DNA of 64,000 nt, taken from contig CBDCVK010000010.1 of the NCBI GenBank assembly GCA_965223005.1, positions 1,120,001 through 1,184,000 of the forward strand. Reading direction: 5' to 3'. The notes beneath the pieces are model-generated. The model saw nothing but the letters and a program-made list of their open reading frames with translations. It made no database searches and was not told the origin of the DNA. The DNA is from Terriglobia bacterium. GTDB lineage: Bacteria > Acidobacteriota > Terriglobia > JAJPHL01 > JAPKYU01. The position numbers were made by a program, and so were the translations under genes. Below, in pieces: positions 1-10,313 of this stretch (its first letter is position 1; every line of letters starts with the position of its first letter).

Positions 1-1019
1 TGCACGGGTGGACTAGCTCGCCACAGACTCCAAACAGTGACCGCGGCCATGATCGCCAACAAGCCGCCCAGCATCCACGGAATTGCTCGCCGCCACGGCG
101 CAGGCTGTGCTGCACCGATCGTCACTTCGGCCGCCAGTTCGGCAGCCGCCAATGCCTCCGGCGGTTCGCTGAGCGCCTCCTCGATCTCGATCCGGGCGTC
201 TCCCATGTCGCGCAGGCGGCGTCGCGCATCCTTCTGGAAACAACGCCGCAGCAGGTTCCGAATTTGGGCAGGCGTAGTCTGAGGCAGCGCCTGCCAATCT
301 GGCTCGCGCTCCAGGATGGCGGCAATGGTGTCCGACACCGTGGCTCCGGCGAAGGCCCTCTGGCCGGTGAGCAGTTCATACAGCACGCAGCCGAACGCCC
401 AGATGTCAGTGCGCTTGTCTACGTCCTTGCCCCTGGCCTGATCCGGGCTCATGTAGCCGACAGTGCCCAGGATCGCTCCCGTCTCCATGCCGGCGGCGCT
501 CACCGTTCCGGCCTTGGAAAGATCGGTGCCCACTGGCTGCGCCTTGGCCAGGCCAAAGTCCAACACCTTCACCTGGCCCTCCGGCGTCACCTTGACGTTG
601 GCCGGCTTCAAGTCCCGGTGGATCACTCCCCGCTCATGGGCGGCCTCCAGAGCCTCGGCAATCTGGGCACAGACCCGCAGCGCCTCCGGCACCTCCAGCG
701 GCCCGGCCTTCAGCCGCTCGGCCAGGGTCTCCCCCGGCACCAGCTCCAGCACCAGGAAGCGCACCCCGTCGGACTCCTCCAGCGTGTGGATGGCCCCAAT
801 GTGAGGGTGGTTCAGCGAGGCCAGCAGCCGCGCTTCCCGCTCCAGGCGCGCCAGCCGCTCCGAGTCATGCGAAAACACCTCTGGCAGGACCTTGAGGGCC
901 ACGTCGCGACCCAACTTGCGGTCATGTGCCCGGTACACTTCTCCCATCCCGCCGGCGCCCAGCAAGGAAAGGATCTGGTAGGAACTGATTTGCTGGCCCA
1001 GCAGCCTCTGCTCACTCAT
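1..1019 (-). CDS. Hanks-type Ser/Thr protein kinase with transmembrane segment (3' end runs off window)
   Basis: Manual translation of the minus strand from ATG 1019: LGAGGMGEVY, VALKVL, HRDLKPANV, DFGLAK, GTVGYMSPDQ, DIWAFG, then hydrophobic IPWMLGGLLAIMAAVTVW; no stop before the window edge. Confidence 0.93.
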   Translation of the reverse strand, partial: MSEQRLLGQQISSYQILSLLGAGGMGEVYRAHDRKLGRDVALKVLPEVFSHDSERLARLEREARLLASLNHPHIGAIHTLEESDGVRFLVLELVPGETLAERLKAGPLEVPEALRVCAQIAEALEAAHERGVIHRDLKPANVKVTPEGQVKVLDFGLAKAQPVGTDLSKAGTVSAAGMETGAILGTVGYMSPDQARGKDVDKRTDIWAFGCVLYELLTGQRAFAGATVSDTIAAILEREPDWQALPQTTPAQIRNLLRRCFQKDARRRLRDMGDARIEIEEALSEPPEALAAAELAAEVTIGAAQPAPWRRAIPWMLGGLLAIMAAVTVWSLWRASPPV

Positions 1020-1213
1020 GGAGAAAGAGCCCCGTCTGTGCAGCCATGCTACGCCCCACCCACAGGCAAGTCAACGTGGCGACCCGGCCGGTTGCGCAAC
1101 GTCGCTAAACAGGGCAACGAGGGATCAGAAGAGAAGGTCGGTTACAAAGTAAGGAGCGACGACCCCTTGAACACAAGTCTGCAACGGCTCATTTAGGTGT
1201 CATAGTAAGAGGG

Positions 1214-2641
1214 CTAGATGTCGTAGTAGAGGGCGAATTCATAGGGGTGCGGGCGCAGCCGGACAGCCTGGGCTTCGTTCCTCATCTTGTAGTCCACCCA
1301 GGTCTGGATCAATTCCTCGGTGAAGACGTCGCCCTTCAGCAGGAACTGGTGGTCGTTCTCCAGTGCCTTCAACGCCTCCTCCAAGGAGCCGGGTAGCGCG
1401 GGGACATCGCGCAGCTCCTCGGGGGAAAGATCGTAAATATCTTTGTCCAGGGGTTCGCCCGGATGGATCTTGTTCTCGATCCCGTCCAGGCCGGCCATGA
1501 GCATGGCCACAAAGGCCAGGTAGGGATTCGCGGAGGGGTCCGGCGGACGGAACTCAATTCGCTTGCTCTCCGGGTTGACCGAGTACATCGGGATCCGGAC
1601 GGCCGCGCTGCGGTTCCGTCGGGAGTAGGCCAGATTCACCGGCGCTTCGAATCCGGGCACCCCCAACCGCTTGTAGGAATTGGTGGTGGGGGCGGCAAAG
1701 GCCGCCACGGCCGGCGCGTGCTTCAGCACCCCGCCGATGTACCATAGCGCCATCTGACTGAGCCCGGCGTAGCAATCTCCGGCAAACAACGGCTTGCCGT
1801 CTTTCCATAGGCTCTGGTGGGTGTGCATGCCGCTTCCGTTGTCCTGAAACAGCGGCTTGGGCATAAACGTGGCGGTCTTCCCATACTGGTTTGCCACCTG
1901 CCGCACGATGTACTTGTAGAGCATCATGAAGTCAGCCGCCCGCACCAGGGTATTGAATTTCTGGTCAATCTCCGCCTGGCCTCCGGTAGCCACCTCGTGG
2001 TGGTGGCATTCCACTTCCAGACCGCATTTCTCCATGGTGAGGGCCATCTCGCTGCGCAGGTCCTGGTAGTGGTCGGTGGGCGCCACCGGGAAATATCCTT
2101 CCTTGTAGCGCGGGCGGTAGCCGAGGTTGTCAGCTTCGCGGCCGGAATTCCAGCGGCCTTCTTCGGCGTCAATGAAATAGAAGCCGCAGTTCTCACGCTG
2201 GTCGAAGCGAATACTGTCAAAGACAAAGAACTGGGCCTCGGCGCCGAAGTAAACTGCGTCGGCGATCCCGGTGTAGCGCAGGTAGGCTTCGGCTTTATTG
2301 GCGATGTAGCGTGGGTCGCGCTCGTAATGCTGCTTGGTGATCGGGTCAATAATGTCTCCGATCATCACCAGCGTCGGCACGTCGGTAAACGAGTCCAGCA
2401 TGTACCAGCTTGGATCCGGGATCAGCAGCATGTCGCTTTCATGGATGGCGGCCCAGCCGCGGATGCTCGAGCCGTCAATCCCGAAGCCGTCTTCAAAACT
2501 GCGCTCACTCAGTTGCCGGATGGGGAACGAGACGTGGTGCCACAGGCCCGGCAGGTCGGTAAAGCGGATGTCCACAAACTTGACCTCGTTTTTGCGGGCG
2601 AATTGCAAGATCTCGCTGGGGTCTTTTCGCTCGACAGTCAT
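1214..2641 (-). CDS. glnA: Glutamine synthetase type I (GSI-beta)
   Basis: [52 protein letters not shown], adenylylation loop DKDIYDL; GGAGG RBS before ATG 2641. Confidence 0.97.
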   Translation of the reverse strand: MTVERKDPSEILQFARKNEVKFVDIRFTDLPGLWHHVSFPIRQLSERSFEDGFGIDGSSIRGWAAIHESDMLLIPDPSWYMLDSFTDVPTLVMIGDIIDPITKQHYERDPRYIANKAEAYLRYTGIADAVYFGAEAQFFVFDSIRFDQRENCGFYFIDAEEGRWNSGREADNLGYRPRYKEGYFPVAPTDHYQDLRSEMALTMEKCGLEVECHHHEVATGGQAEIDQKFNTLVRAADFMMLYKYIVRQVANQYGKTATFMPKPLFQDNGSGMHTHQSLWKDGKPLFAGDCYAGLSQMALWYIGGVLKHAPAVAAFAAPTTNSYKRLGVPGFEAPVNLAYSRRNRSAAVRIPMYSVNPESKRIEFRPPDPSANPYLAFVAMLMAGLDGIENKIHPGEPLDKDIYDLSPEELRDVPALPGSLEEALKALENDHQFLLKGDVFTEELIQTWVDYKMRNEAQAVRLRPHPYEFALYYDI

Positions 2642-3138
2642 GGGAACCTCCAAGGTGTCTTACGTCCGCGGCCTGCCAGCCAGCCTGGCCGGTCGCCTGG
2701 CCTGGGACCGAGTCGTCGCCCCCTGCACCGCACGGGCGAGTGAAGCCACAGTAGTCCACCCGTCACGGTAGTTCACCTAATAGTTCAGGTCAAGTCGTGG
2801 GGAAATTGAACGATTCGATGACGGATATCAAGAAAACCGATTGGACAATTGGACAAGGGGCAAAAGCAAACCGGGCATTTCCTTCAATGAAATAGCTCTG
2901 TGAGGCGGCGGGGAGAAATGTGAAGATTCCTCGTTCGGAACCAACGTTACTGGTCGCCCTGGCTCCTTCCTGTGTCGCTGGGCTGTGCCGCCGGGGCCAG
3001 CGCTGGCCGTCCAGCAAATTCCGTTGACGCTCCTAAGCGTTTCTGTTACGGTCAGTCGCGAAAAAATTCCCGCGGCCAGTGGTGTGTGTGAACCGGCAGG
3101 AAGCCGAGCTTTGCACAAGGAGGAAACCTAGGGGATAG

Positions 3139-3690
3139 ATGTTCGTCGCCAAAAAGATCTTCCTCACCAAGGGGGTCGGCAAACACCGGGAACGGCTGAC
3201 CAGCTTTGAATTGGCCCTCCGCAATGCCGGCATTGCCGCCTGTAATCTTGTCCGCGTATCCAGCATTTTTCCGCCACGATGCAAGCTGATCTCCCGCCCC
3301 AGCGGGCTGAAGTTACTGCGTCCCGGACAGGTGGTGTTTGCCGTGGTTGCGGAGAATGCTACCCGCGAAGCCCACCGGTTAGTCGCCGCCACTATCGGCC
3401 TGGCGCTGCCCACGGACCGCAATGCCTACGGCTACCTGGCCGAACACCACTCCTTTGGGGAAACCGAGGAGGTGGCGGGCGAGTACGCCGAGGAGTTGGC
3501 GGCAGAAATGCTGGCCACCACGCTGAACGTCGAGTTTGACCCGGACCGCAGTTGGGACGAGAAGAAAGAGATTTACCGCATTTCCAATAAGATCGTGCGG
3601 ACCATGAACAACACCCAGTCGGCTGTGGGCGATAAGCATGGCCGCTGGTCCACGGTGATCTCCTGCGCGATTCTGCTAGGGGATGACTGA
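3139..3690 (+). CDS. pdaD: Pyruvoyl-dependent arginine decarboxylase
   Basis: [25 protein letters not shown] motif with the Ser-Ser autocleavage site. Confidence 0.9.
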   Translation: MFVAKKIFLTKGVGKHRERLTSFELALRNAGIAACNLVRVSSIFPPRCKLISRPSGLKLLRPGQVVFAVVAENATREAHRLVAATIGLALPTDRNAYGYLAEHHSFGETEEVAGEYAEELAAEMLATTLNVEFDPDRSWDEKKEIYRISNKIVRTMNNTQSAVGDKHGRWSTVISCAILLGDD

Positions 3691-4798
3691 TTCTGTTCCC
3701 AAGGACCATAGAAAGGGCTCGAGCATGCACCACTCAACCGCTCTGAGGGGCGCCCAGGCCCGTCCCAGCAAGAAGGAGATTTTGTCCCATCCCACCCGGC
3801 CGGTGACGGTTGATGAAGACAAGACGGTGGCCGGGCTCCTGGAGAAGATGCGGGGCTCTTCCTTCCAGGGGAGAAACCTGGCCGACGCGTTTCAGATCTG
3901 GAAGAGCATGCTCCAGGACGAATGCACCATCATGATGGGCATGAGTGGCGCCATGATCCCGGCCGGGATGCGTCGCCTGCTGGTCTGGTTGATTCAGAAC
4001 CGGGCCATTGACTGCTTAGTCTCGACCGGCGCGCAGTTTTTCCACGACATTCACGAGTCTCTGGGACGGTTGCACTACCAGTCCTCTCCGGTGGTAGACG
4101 ACGTGCTGCTGGCCGAAAACCTGGTGGACCGCATGTACGACACACTGGCCGATGAGGCCGAGTTCCGTGAGGAAGATGAGTGGGTGGGCCAGTTCGCTTC
4201 ACGGCTGGATCAGTCTCGCGCCTATACGACGCGGGAGTTTCTCTATCTGCTGGGAGAAGAGGTTGCCAAGCACGCCAAAACGGAAGGAATGGTGACTGCC
4301 GCCTACAGAGCGGGCATCCCATTGTACTGCCCGGCGATCGCCGACTCCTCGATCGGCATTGGGATCGCCCAGAATCGCTACTTCGGCCGAAACTCCTTTA
4401 TGTTTGACGTGATCCAGGACGTGGTGGAAACCTCACTGATTACCGCGCGCTCGCCCAACACCGGGGTGGTCTATTTCGGAGGCGGCACCCCCAAGAACTT
4501 CATCCAGCAGGCGGAGGTCACCGCCATCATGATCCAGAGCGATGTGAGCGGGCACAAGTACGCCCTGCAGGTGGTGACGGACGCGCCGCACTGGGGGGGG
4601 TTGTCCGGCTGCACCTTCGAGGAGGCTCAGAGTTGGGGCAAGATTGCCAAGGATGCGCGGATGGTCAGTTGTCATTGCGATGCCACCATCGGCATGCCTC
4701 TGTTGGTCACGGCCCTGTCCCAGCACCCGGAGCTGTTCGAGAATCGCCGGCGGCCCTCGTTTCAGATGGGGCGAGACTTCGACGTGCGCTTCGAGTAG
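3683..4798 (+). CDS. Deoxyhypusine synthase-like protein (homospermidine/polyamine synthesis)
   Basis: [47 protein letters not shown] motifs; overlaps the pdaD stop. Confidence 0.88.
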   Translation: MTDSVPKDHRKGSSMHHSTALRGAQARPSKKEILSHPTRPVTVDEDKTVAGLLEKMRGSSFQGRNLADAFQIWKSMLQDECTIMMGMSGAMIPAGMRRLLVWLIQNRAIDCLVSTGAQFFHDIHESLGRLHYQSSPVVDDVLLAENLVDRMYDTLADEAEFREEDEWVGQFASRLDQSRAYTTREFLYLLGEEVAKHAKTEGMVTAAYRAGIPLYCPAIADSSIGIGIAQNRYFGRNSFMFDVIQDVVETSLITARSPNTGVVYFGGGTPKNFIQQAEVTAIMIQSDVSGHKYALQVVTDAPHWGGLSGCTFEEAQSWGKIAKDARMVSCHCDATIGMPLLVTALSQHPELFENRRRPSFQMGRDFDVRFE

Positions 4799-4910
4799 GC
4801 ACAGCCGCGCACGCCCGTGGGCAGTAAGGTCGCGCACCGGGTGGAAAGCCGGGTGGAAAGTTAGATGAGATCGTGCCGGCAACTATGGTTGTGCACGCGG
4901 TTTTTCGGAC

Positions 4911-5096
4911 CTAGGTAGACACCGCCACCGGCTTGGATTCGGGCGCATCCGGCGCCAGAAAACGCTCCTGCTCCAGACACACCGAACAAAACTCGCCCTC
5001 GCCATGCTCGGGGCACATGTCGGCGCTGCACTCCACGCAGGTTTCCGGAGCTTCGCTGATCTTTCCTTGCTGGAAGCACAGGTCGCAGATGGTCAC
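4911..5096 (-). CDS. Small Cys-rich zinc-finger protein (B-box-like)
   Basis: CxxC...CxxC...CxxH...CxxC in 61 aa; GTGA overlap with the upstream gene and AAAGGA RBS. Confidence 0.65.
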   Translation of the reverse strand: MTICDLCFQQGKISEAPETCVECSADMCPEHGEGEFCSVCLEQERFLAPDAPESKPVAVST

Positions 5097-5398
5097 GGGC
5101 GAATTCCTTTCCGCGGCGGCTGGCAGCCGCCGGCAATGGAGGGGATCAACAGGACTTCATCCCCCTCGGCGAAGGTGTAGTTGGTGCCGCCGAGGAAGCG
5201 GATGTCCTCGTCATTCACGTAGACGTTGAGGAACGGGCGTGGCTGGCCCTGCTCGTCGCACAGGTTCTTCGTAAGCCCGGGGAACCGGCCCTCCAGCTCC
5301 TGGAACAATTGCGGCAGGTTCGCCGCCGTACAATTTACCTCCTCGACGCCCTGGGTGTGGCGGCGAAAGGGAGAACCCAGTCGAACTGTCACTGCCAT
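5093..5398 (-). CDS. MoaD/ThiS/CysO-family ubiquitin-like sulfur carrier protein
   Basis: FLNVYVNDEDIRFL...GDEVLLIPSIAGG, followed by a 10-aa extension. Confidence 0.9.
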   Translation of the reverse strand: MAVTVRLGSPFRRHTQGVEEVNCTAANLPQLFQELEGRFPGLTKNLCDEQGQPRPFLNVYVNDEDIRFLGGTNYTFAEGDEVLLIPSIAGGCQPPRKGIRP

Positions 5399-5472
5399 CT
5401 TTACTCCTCGGCCCACGAAGGGGCCTGAACTCGAAGTCTCCCGCTCTCCAGCGCGCCCGACCAGGTTGTCGC

Positions 5473-6747
5473 TCAGTTCGCCACGACGGCCTGGCCAACC
5501 GGTAGAGCAGCTTCCGAAGCGCTACCGAGTACCACGCGGTCAAACTCGGCCAGTTTGGGGGCAATGGTAAATTCCCGCCCGCCCACACCCGAGACCGCTT
5601 CGGTAGTCTTCAATCCGTTCCCAGTGATGCAGAGCACCGTGGTCTCGTCGGGCGCAATGCGACCTTCCCGGAGCAGCTTCTGAAAACAGGCCACAGTCAC
5701 TCCACCGGCCGTTTCGGCGAAGATGCCTTCGGTGGAAGCGAGCAGGTGGATTCCTTCGACGATTTCCTCATCGGAAACGTGCGCGCCCCAACCTCCCGAT
5801 TCGCGCATCGTCCGGGCGGCGAAGAAGCCGTCGGCCGGGTTGCCGATGGCCAGCGAGCGGGCGATGGTGTTCGGTTTCTCCGGCAAGATCTGCTCCCGGT
5901 GCTCCTCCACAGCTCGCGAGATCGGGGCACAGCCGCTGGCCTGCGCTCCAAAAATTTTCACCCGGCCCGGCTCAACCAGGCCCAACTGCCCCAGTTCACC
6001 AAAGGCCTTGTAAACTCGCCCAATCAGAGAGCCTCCGGCCATGGGAATGACGACAGCCTGGGGCAGTCGCCAGCCCAGCTGCTCGGCGATCTCGTAGCCC
6101 ACGGACTTGGAACCCTCGGCGTAAAACGGGCGCAGGTTCACGTTGACGAACGCCCAGCGCCTATGCTGCGACACCTGCGTGCACAGCCGGTTGACAGCAT
6201 CGTAGTTGCCGTTGACGCGCACGAGCGTGGCCCCGTAGATCCGGGTGTTCACCAGCTTGGCCTCTTCCAGCTCGGCCGGCACAAACACCACCGCTTTCAA
6301 ACCGGCAAAAGCCGCCTGCGCGGCCACGGCATTGGCCAGATTTCCCGTAGAGGAGCACGCAACGGTATCAAAGCCGAATTCGATGGCCTTGTTCAGCGCC
6401 ACCGCGACCACCCGGTCTTTGAAGGAGAGGGTGGGAAAGTTCACCGCGTCATTCTTGAGGTAGAGCGCGCGGTGCCCCAACGCCTGGCCCAGATGCTTGG
6501 CCGGCAGCAGGGGGGTGAAACCCACCGGTAGGGGGGCGGCGGGTGGGCTGCTCAGGGGTAGCAACTCTTGGTAGCGCCAGAGACTGTGGGGTCGTGACTC
6601 GAAGGCACGCGGCGAAAGCTGCTTCCGCAGTATCGCGTAGTCGTAGGTCGGCTCCAGAGGAGCGAAGCACTCTTCACAAATCGAGGCGGGCTCTGCGGCG
6701 ACTAAACGCCCGCATCCGCGGCAGGTGAGCCCCAGCAAGTAGCTCAT
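5473..6747 (-). CDS. Threonine synthase-like PLP enzyme (possibly O-phosphohomoserine sulfhydrylase)
   Basis: N-terminal CxxC..CxxC, PTLSFKDR PLP-lysine motif, SSTGNLA, EGIFAETAGG, ITGNGLK. Confidence 0.88.
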   Translation of the reverse strand: MSYLLGLTCRGCGRLVAAEPASICEECFAPLEPTYDYAILRKQLSPRAFESRPHSLWRYQELLPLSSPPAAPLPVGFTPLLPAKHLGQALGHRALYLKNDAVNFPTLSFKDRVVAVALNKAIEFGFDTVACSSTGNLANAVAAQAAFAGLKAVVFVPAELEEAKLVNTRIYGATLVRVNGNYDAVNRLCTQVSQHRRWAFVNVNLRPFYAEGSKSVGYEIAEQLGWRLPQAVVIPMAGGSLIGRVYKAFGELGQLGLVEPGRVKIFGAQASGCAPISRAVEEHREQILPEKPNTIARSLAIGNPADGFFAARTMRESGGWGAHVSDEEIVEGIHLLASTEGIFAETAGGVTVACFQKLLREGRIAPDETTVLCITGNGLKTTEAVSGVGGREFTIAPKLAEFDRVVLGSASEAALPVGQAVVAN

Positions 6748-6806
6748 CGTTCCTTCCTTACTGTCCCTGATCCGTACTTGCTAGGAGGTCGCCTTACTCG
6801 GCGGGC

Positions 6807-6837
6807 AACAAAAAACCCCTTCCGGGGCTGGAAGAGG
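6807..6837 (-). terminator. Intrinsic terminator, expression platform of the SAM riboswitch
   Basis: Minus strand CCTCTTCCAGCCCCGGAAGGGG hairpin followed by TTTTTTGTT. Confidence 0.75.
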
Positions 6838-6859
6838 TCATTTCACGACCTCGCCCCCT

Positions 6860-6982
6860 AACATCTTCCCCCGTGCCTTCACGGAGCAGGAGTTGGCACC
6901 TCGACCCCCCGCTCTTGAAAACCCAGCGGGGGCGGTTGCCGTGGCGTCTACGGGCCTGTTCCCTCAGCCACTCTGGATGATT
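6860..6982 (-). ncRNA. SAM-I (S-box) riboswitch
   Basis: Minus strand ATCATCCAGAG...GAGGGAACAGGCCCGTAGACGCCACGGCAACC...GGTGCCAACTCC...GGAAGATG matches S-box conserved blocks; lies upstream of a sulfur amino acid-type operon. Confidence 0.9.
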
Positions 6983-7147
6983 CAGGGACTGAATCAACTA
7001 TTCAATTGTCGAGCAAAATTGTAACCAGAGGGTGGGGAAGATGTCAACATGATTTTTCCTCCTCTTTCCAATGACCGGCCAAGCATCCGGATTGCAGCCT
7101 CCTACAGGGTGTTATCCGGTTATAATTATCGAGCAAGACGGCTGGTA

Positions 7148-7921
7148 ATGGAACGGGCTGCATCGCCTCTGGCATCGCCCCTGGCATCTCCTCTGCCATC
7201 TCCTCTGATTGTTGCGCTGGATTTTCCCTCGGCCGAGCCGGCCGTCCAGCTCGTCGAGTGCTTGCGGGCTGTTCCGGTGGGGTTGTTCAAGGTAGGCAAT
7301 GAGCTGTTTACGGCCGCCGGTCCTCAATTTGTGTCCGAGACCTTGCGACAGAAAAACCGGGCCGTATTTCTCGACCTGAAATTCCACGACATTCCCAACA
7401 CGGTAGCGGGCGCTGCGCGTGCCGCTGCCCGCCTGGGCGTATCGCTGCTTACGGTGCACGCAGCGGGCGGCCTAGCCATGATGCGTGCCGCCGCCGGCGC
7501 GGTCCGCGAGGTTTCTCCAGAAACCCGCCTGCTGGCCGTGACTCTGCTGACCAGCCTGGCCCAGGAGGACCTGGTGCGCGGAGGCGTGGTTGGTGAGCCC
7601 CAGGACCATGTGTTGCGCCTGGCGGAGATGGCCGTCCAGGCGGGGCTGGACGGCGTGGTGGCTTCTCCTGAGGAAGTTGCCGTGTTACGTCGGCACTTTC
7701 CCCGACCGTTTCTCTTGGTCACGCCCGGGATTCGTCCAACCTGGGCAACTCCACCTGCGACGGTCGCAGAGGACCAGCGGCGCGTGGCGACCCCCGCCGC
7801 CGCACTGGCTGCCGGCGCCGACTTGATCGTGGTCGGCCGCCCGATCACCTCCGCCCCCGATCCAGAGGAAGCAGCGAACAGAGTCTTGGAGGAACTGCAA
7901 GCGGGTACCAGACCCTTCTGA
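7148..7921 (+). CDS. pyrF: Orotidine-5'-phosphate decarboxylase
   Basis: LIVALD, FKVG, FLDLKFHDIPNTV, VTPGIR, VVGRPIT. Confidence 0.96.
   Translation: MERAASPLASPLASPLPSPLIVALDFPSAEPAVQLVECLRAVPVGLFKVGNELFTAAGPQFVSETLRQKNRAVFLDLKFHDIPNTVAGAARAAARLGVSLLTVHAAGGLAMMRAAAGAVREVSPETRLLAVTLLTSLAQEDLVRGGVVGEPQDHVLRLAEMAVQAGLDGVVASPEEVAVLRRHFPRPFLLVTPGIRPTWATPPATVAEDQRRVATPAAALAAGADLIVVGRPITSAPDPEEAANRVLEELQAGTRPF
7161..7207 (+). repeat. 12-bp tandem repeat (x4) encoding SPLA/SPLP at the PyrF N-terminus
   Basis: catcgcctctgg catcgcccctgg catctcctctgc catctcctctg. Confidence 0.7.
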
Positions 7922-8027
7922 TCTTTAGCCTTTCCTGGCGGTCTCTTGTCTCTTCCTTTGAGGTATACTGGCGATCAGCAGTAGGAGTTGTAGCGGGTAA
8001 CCACTCGGCCTAAAGGGGAGGGCGGAG

Positions 8028-9278
8028 ATGATTTGTCCTCACTGCGGATTTACCAACAAACCCGTAGCCACTCGCTGCGAATGCTGCCTGGGAGACTTGG
8101 CTGACGCGTCGGTAGCTCCCCTAATGGACACGCAGCCCGCTGCCGAAGCCGCCACGGAACCGGAGCCAGGTTCGCCGCTCCCACCTTCTGAGGTCCCACC
8201 ACCCGCCAGTCCCAGCGACATGGAGGAGCAGCCGGCCCCTGCCACCCTTGCTGAACCGAGCCGAGTGCCAGCCCTTTCGCCACACGTCCCAAGGGCTGCA
8301 ACCGCCGTCATTATTGGGCTGGTTGTGCTGGGCGCGCTGGGTGGTTTGTGGTTGATGAGGTCACGGCTGGGGTCGTCGCAACTGTTGAGCGAACGTTTGG
8401 GAATCTCGAGCAAGCCAGAGGCAGCGCAGCCCAGCGAACCCGCTGCGCCGGCATCGCCGACGGAAGTCGCGCCCACCGACCCCGCCACCGACGCGCTGGG
8501 CGAGCCGGAGGCCGAGCAGCCACCGTCCCCCCCGCTGTCCACCGAGACCGTCCCGGCGGTCTCCCCGGAGGATAAGGCTGCAGAGGCACGCTATCAGAGA
8601 GCCGTGAATTCCCTGAGTAAGGGACAGACTACCCAAGCGCGCCGGATGCTCCAGGAGATCATTCGGAAGTATCCTAACAACCGTTTTGCCGAGGATGCCC
8701 GCGATCTGCTGCAGCGGATACCCAAGCCGCGGCCTGCGCCGGCGAACAGACCAACCGTGGTGGCCCGAGCGACTCGTCCCTCTGCACGCACTCGACGCCA
8801 AGCACCCGGGCCTGTCGTTGACCCAAGCGAGAGCGCCAGCGAGGGTAAGCGTTCCGTCATTACTACAGATGACCTGCTCGAAGGCCGAAGTGGGGCGCGG
8901 ACTACCCGGCGCCGGAAGCAGACTTCAATTCCTCCTTCTCTACGAGCCGCCCAGGCACGCCCAGTCCAAGGCGCTAGCGCCGCTGCCCGGAACGACGTGC
9001 GACTGATCTCCGCAACGCGCCAGCCAGGGAAGGTGGTGCTGTTAGTCCAGTATCATCTAGTCAGCCGCCACCAGCGCCCGGTCCTTGTTGGGGCGTGGGC
9101 ACTTGGCGGAGGTTCGGCCCGGAACTTCGGCTACAGTGCTTCGCCCATCGCCCCGGGGCGGGGCACCACCACGGTGACCCTGTCCGGCGTCTCTCCCAAT
9201 TTATCCCGCCTGCGCATCGCTTTCATTGAACAAGGTGGGCAGCGCTTCTTCACCAAGGACCTGACTGTTCCCAAATGA
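8028..9278 (+). CDS. Membrane-anchored protein: zinc ribbon, Pro-rich linker, TM helix, TPR-like helix pair
   Basis: CPHCG...CECC N-terminus, hydrophobic VIIGLVVLGALGGLWL, TPR-like ARRMLQEIIRKYPNNRFAEDA; GGAG RBS. Confidence 0.7.
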   Translation: MICPHCGFTNKPVATRCECCLGDLADASVAPLMDTQPAAEAATEPEPGSPLPPSEVPPPASPSDMEEQPAPATLAEPSRVPALSPHVPRAATAVIIGLVVLGALGGLWLMRSRLGSSQLLSERLGISSKPEAAQPSEPAAPASPTEVAPTDPATDALGEPEAEQPPSPPLSTETVPAVSPEDKAAEARYQRAVNSLSKGQTTQARRMLQEIIRKYPNNRFAEDARDLLQRIPKPRPAPANRPTVVARATRPSARTRRQAPGPVVDPSESASEGKRSVITTDDLLEGRSGARTTRRRKQTSIPPSLRAAQARPVQGASAAARNDVRLISATRQPGKVVLLVQYHLVSRHQRPVLVGAWALGGGSARNFGYSASPIAPGRGTTTVTLSGVSPNLSRLRIAFIEQGGQRFFTKDLTVPK

Positions 9279-9491
9279 GTTGGTTGACATTGGTCCGCAG
9301 TCTGGCGTTCTGGACAACAGTTCTGCCTAAGTTGCCTAAGTTCCCTAAGATGATCGTTGTGACCTTGTCCTCCGGAAGATGGGCATTTCTCCGTGAGTGG
9401 CCGTCTGGGGAACGACCCTTGCTGAAGAGCCTTGAGGAATTCGGCGGACCGAGGTGAAAGAATCCGAAATCGTTAAGCCAGAAGGAGAATC

Positions 9492-10313
9492 ATGCTACGG
9501 GCTTTAAGTGGCGCAACCACCATGCAGGCCGACCTGCCGACCGATATTCAGGTGGCTCGACAGGCCGGATTTTCTCTGCTGGAGTTGAGCGCCCCCAAGC
9601 TGCGGAAATTTCTGCAATCGGGCACCGCGGTCCAGGTTGTGGAAATGCTGGAAGCCGCCCAGGTGCGCCCGCTGAGCATTGTCTCGGTGGAGGGCATCAC
9701 CTACGCGGGAGACCAGTGGGAACGTGTGGAGCACGAATACCGCCAGCTGGCTCGGCTGGCTGGTGAGATCGGCTGCGAAGTGCTGGTCGCCAGTCCGGGG
9801 GCACGCCCTGCCGGCGTCACCGATGGGGAAGTGAAGGAGGAATCGGTCAGCGTCCTGGAAGCGCTGGCTGACATTGCATCGGCCGACGGCGTCAAGCTCG
9901 GCGTCGAGTTTCTCTCTCACCGCTCCTGTTCGGTCCGTACCCTGGAGCAGGCCTCGGAAATCATCTCTGAACTCGACCGTCCCGATGTAGGCCTGGTGCT
10001 GGACACATTCCATTTCCATGCCGGCGGTTCCAACTGGGCTTCCCTGCGCCGAATGCAAGCAGCCAAGCTGTTCATCTTCCAGGTGAGCGACTGTGAAAGC
10101 CTGCCGCGAGCCCAACTGCAGGACCAGCACCGGCTGCTTCCCGGCGCCGGCGGTCTTCCCCTCGGCAAGATCTGGCAGGAACTGAATGCGATCGGCTATG
10201 ACCGCTTGGCCTCGGTCGAGGTGCCCCGCCCAGAATACTGGAAGCGTGACCCGCAAGAATTGGCCACCGAGGCTCGCCAAGCGCTGGAAACAACGCTGGG
10301 TCTGAAAAAGTGA
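9492..10313 (+). CDS. Sugar phosphate isomerase/epimerase (IolI-like TIM barrel)
   Basis: LGVEFL, VGLVLDTFHFH, RLLPGAG, SVEV motifs; AAGGAG RBS. Confidence 0.85.
   Translation: MLRALSGATTMQADLPTDIQVARQAGFSLLELSAPKLRKFLQSGTAVQVVEMLEAAQVRPLSIVSVEGITYAGDQWERVEHEYRQLARLAGEIGCEVLVASPGARPAGVTDGEVKEESVSVLEALADIASADGVKLGVEFLSHRSCSVRTLEQASEIISELDRPDVGLVLDTFHFHAGGSNWASLRRMQAAKLFIFQVSDCESLPRAQLQDQHRLLPGAGGLPLGKIWQELNAIGYDRLASVEVPRPEYWKRDPQELATEARQALETTLGLKK

Noticed and set aside
2660-3130. Sigma-54 promoter or glutamine riboswitch upstream of glnA
   Set aside because: The best GG-N-GC candidate has 9-nt rather than 10-nt spacing, and I could not match a riboswitch consensus.
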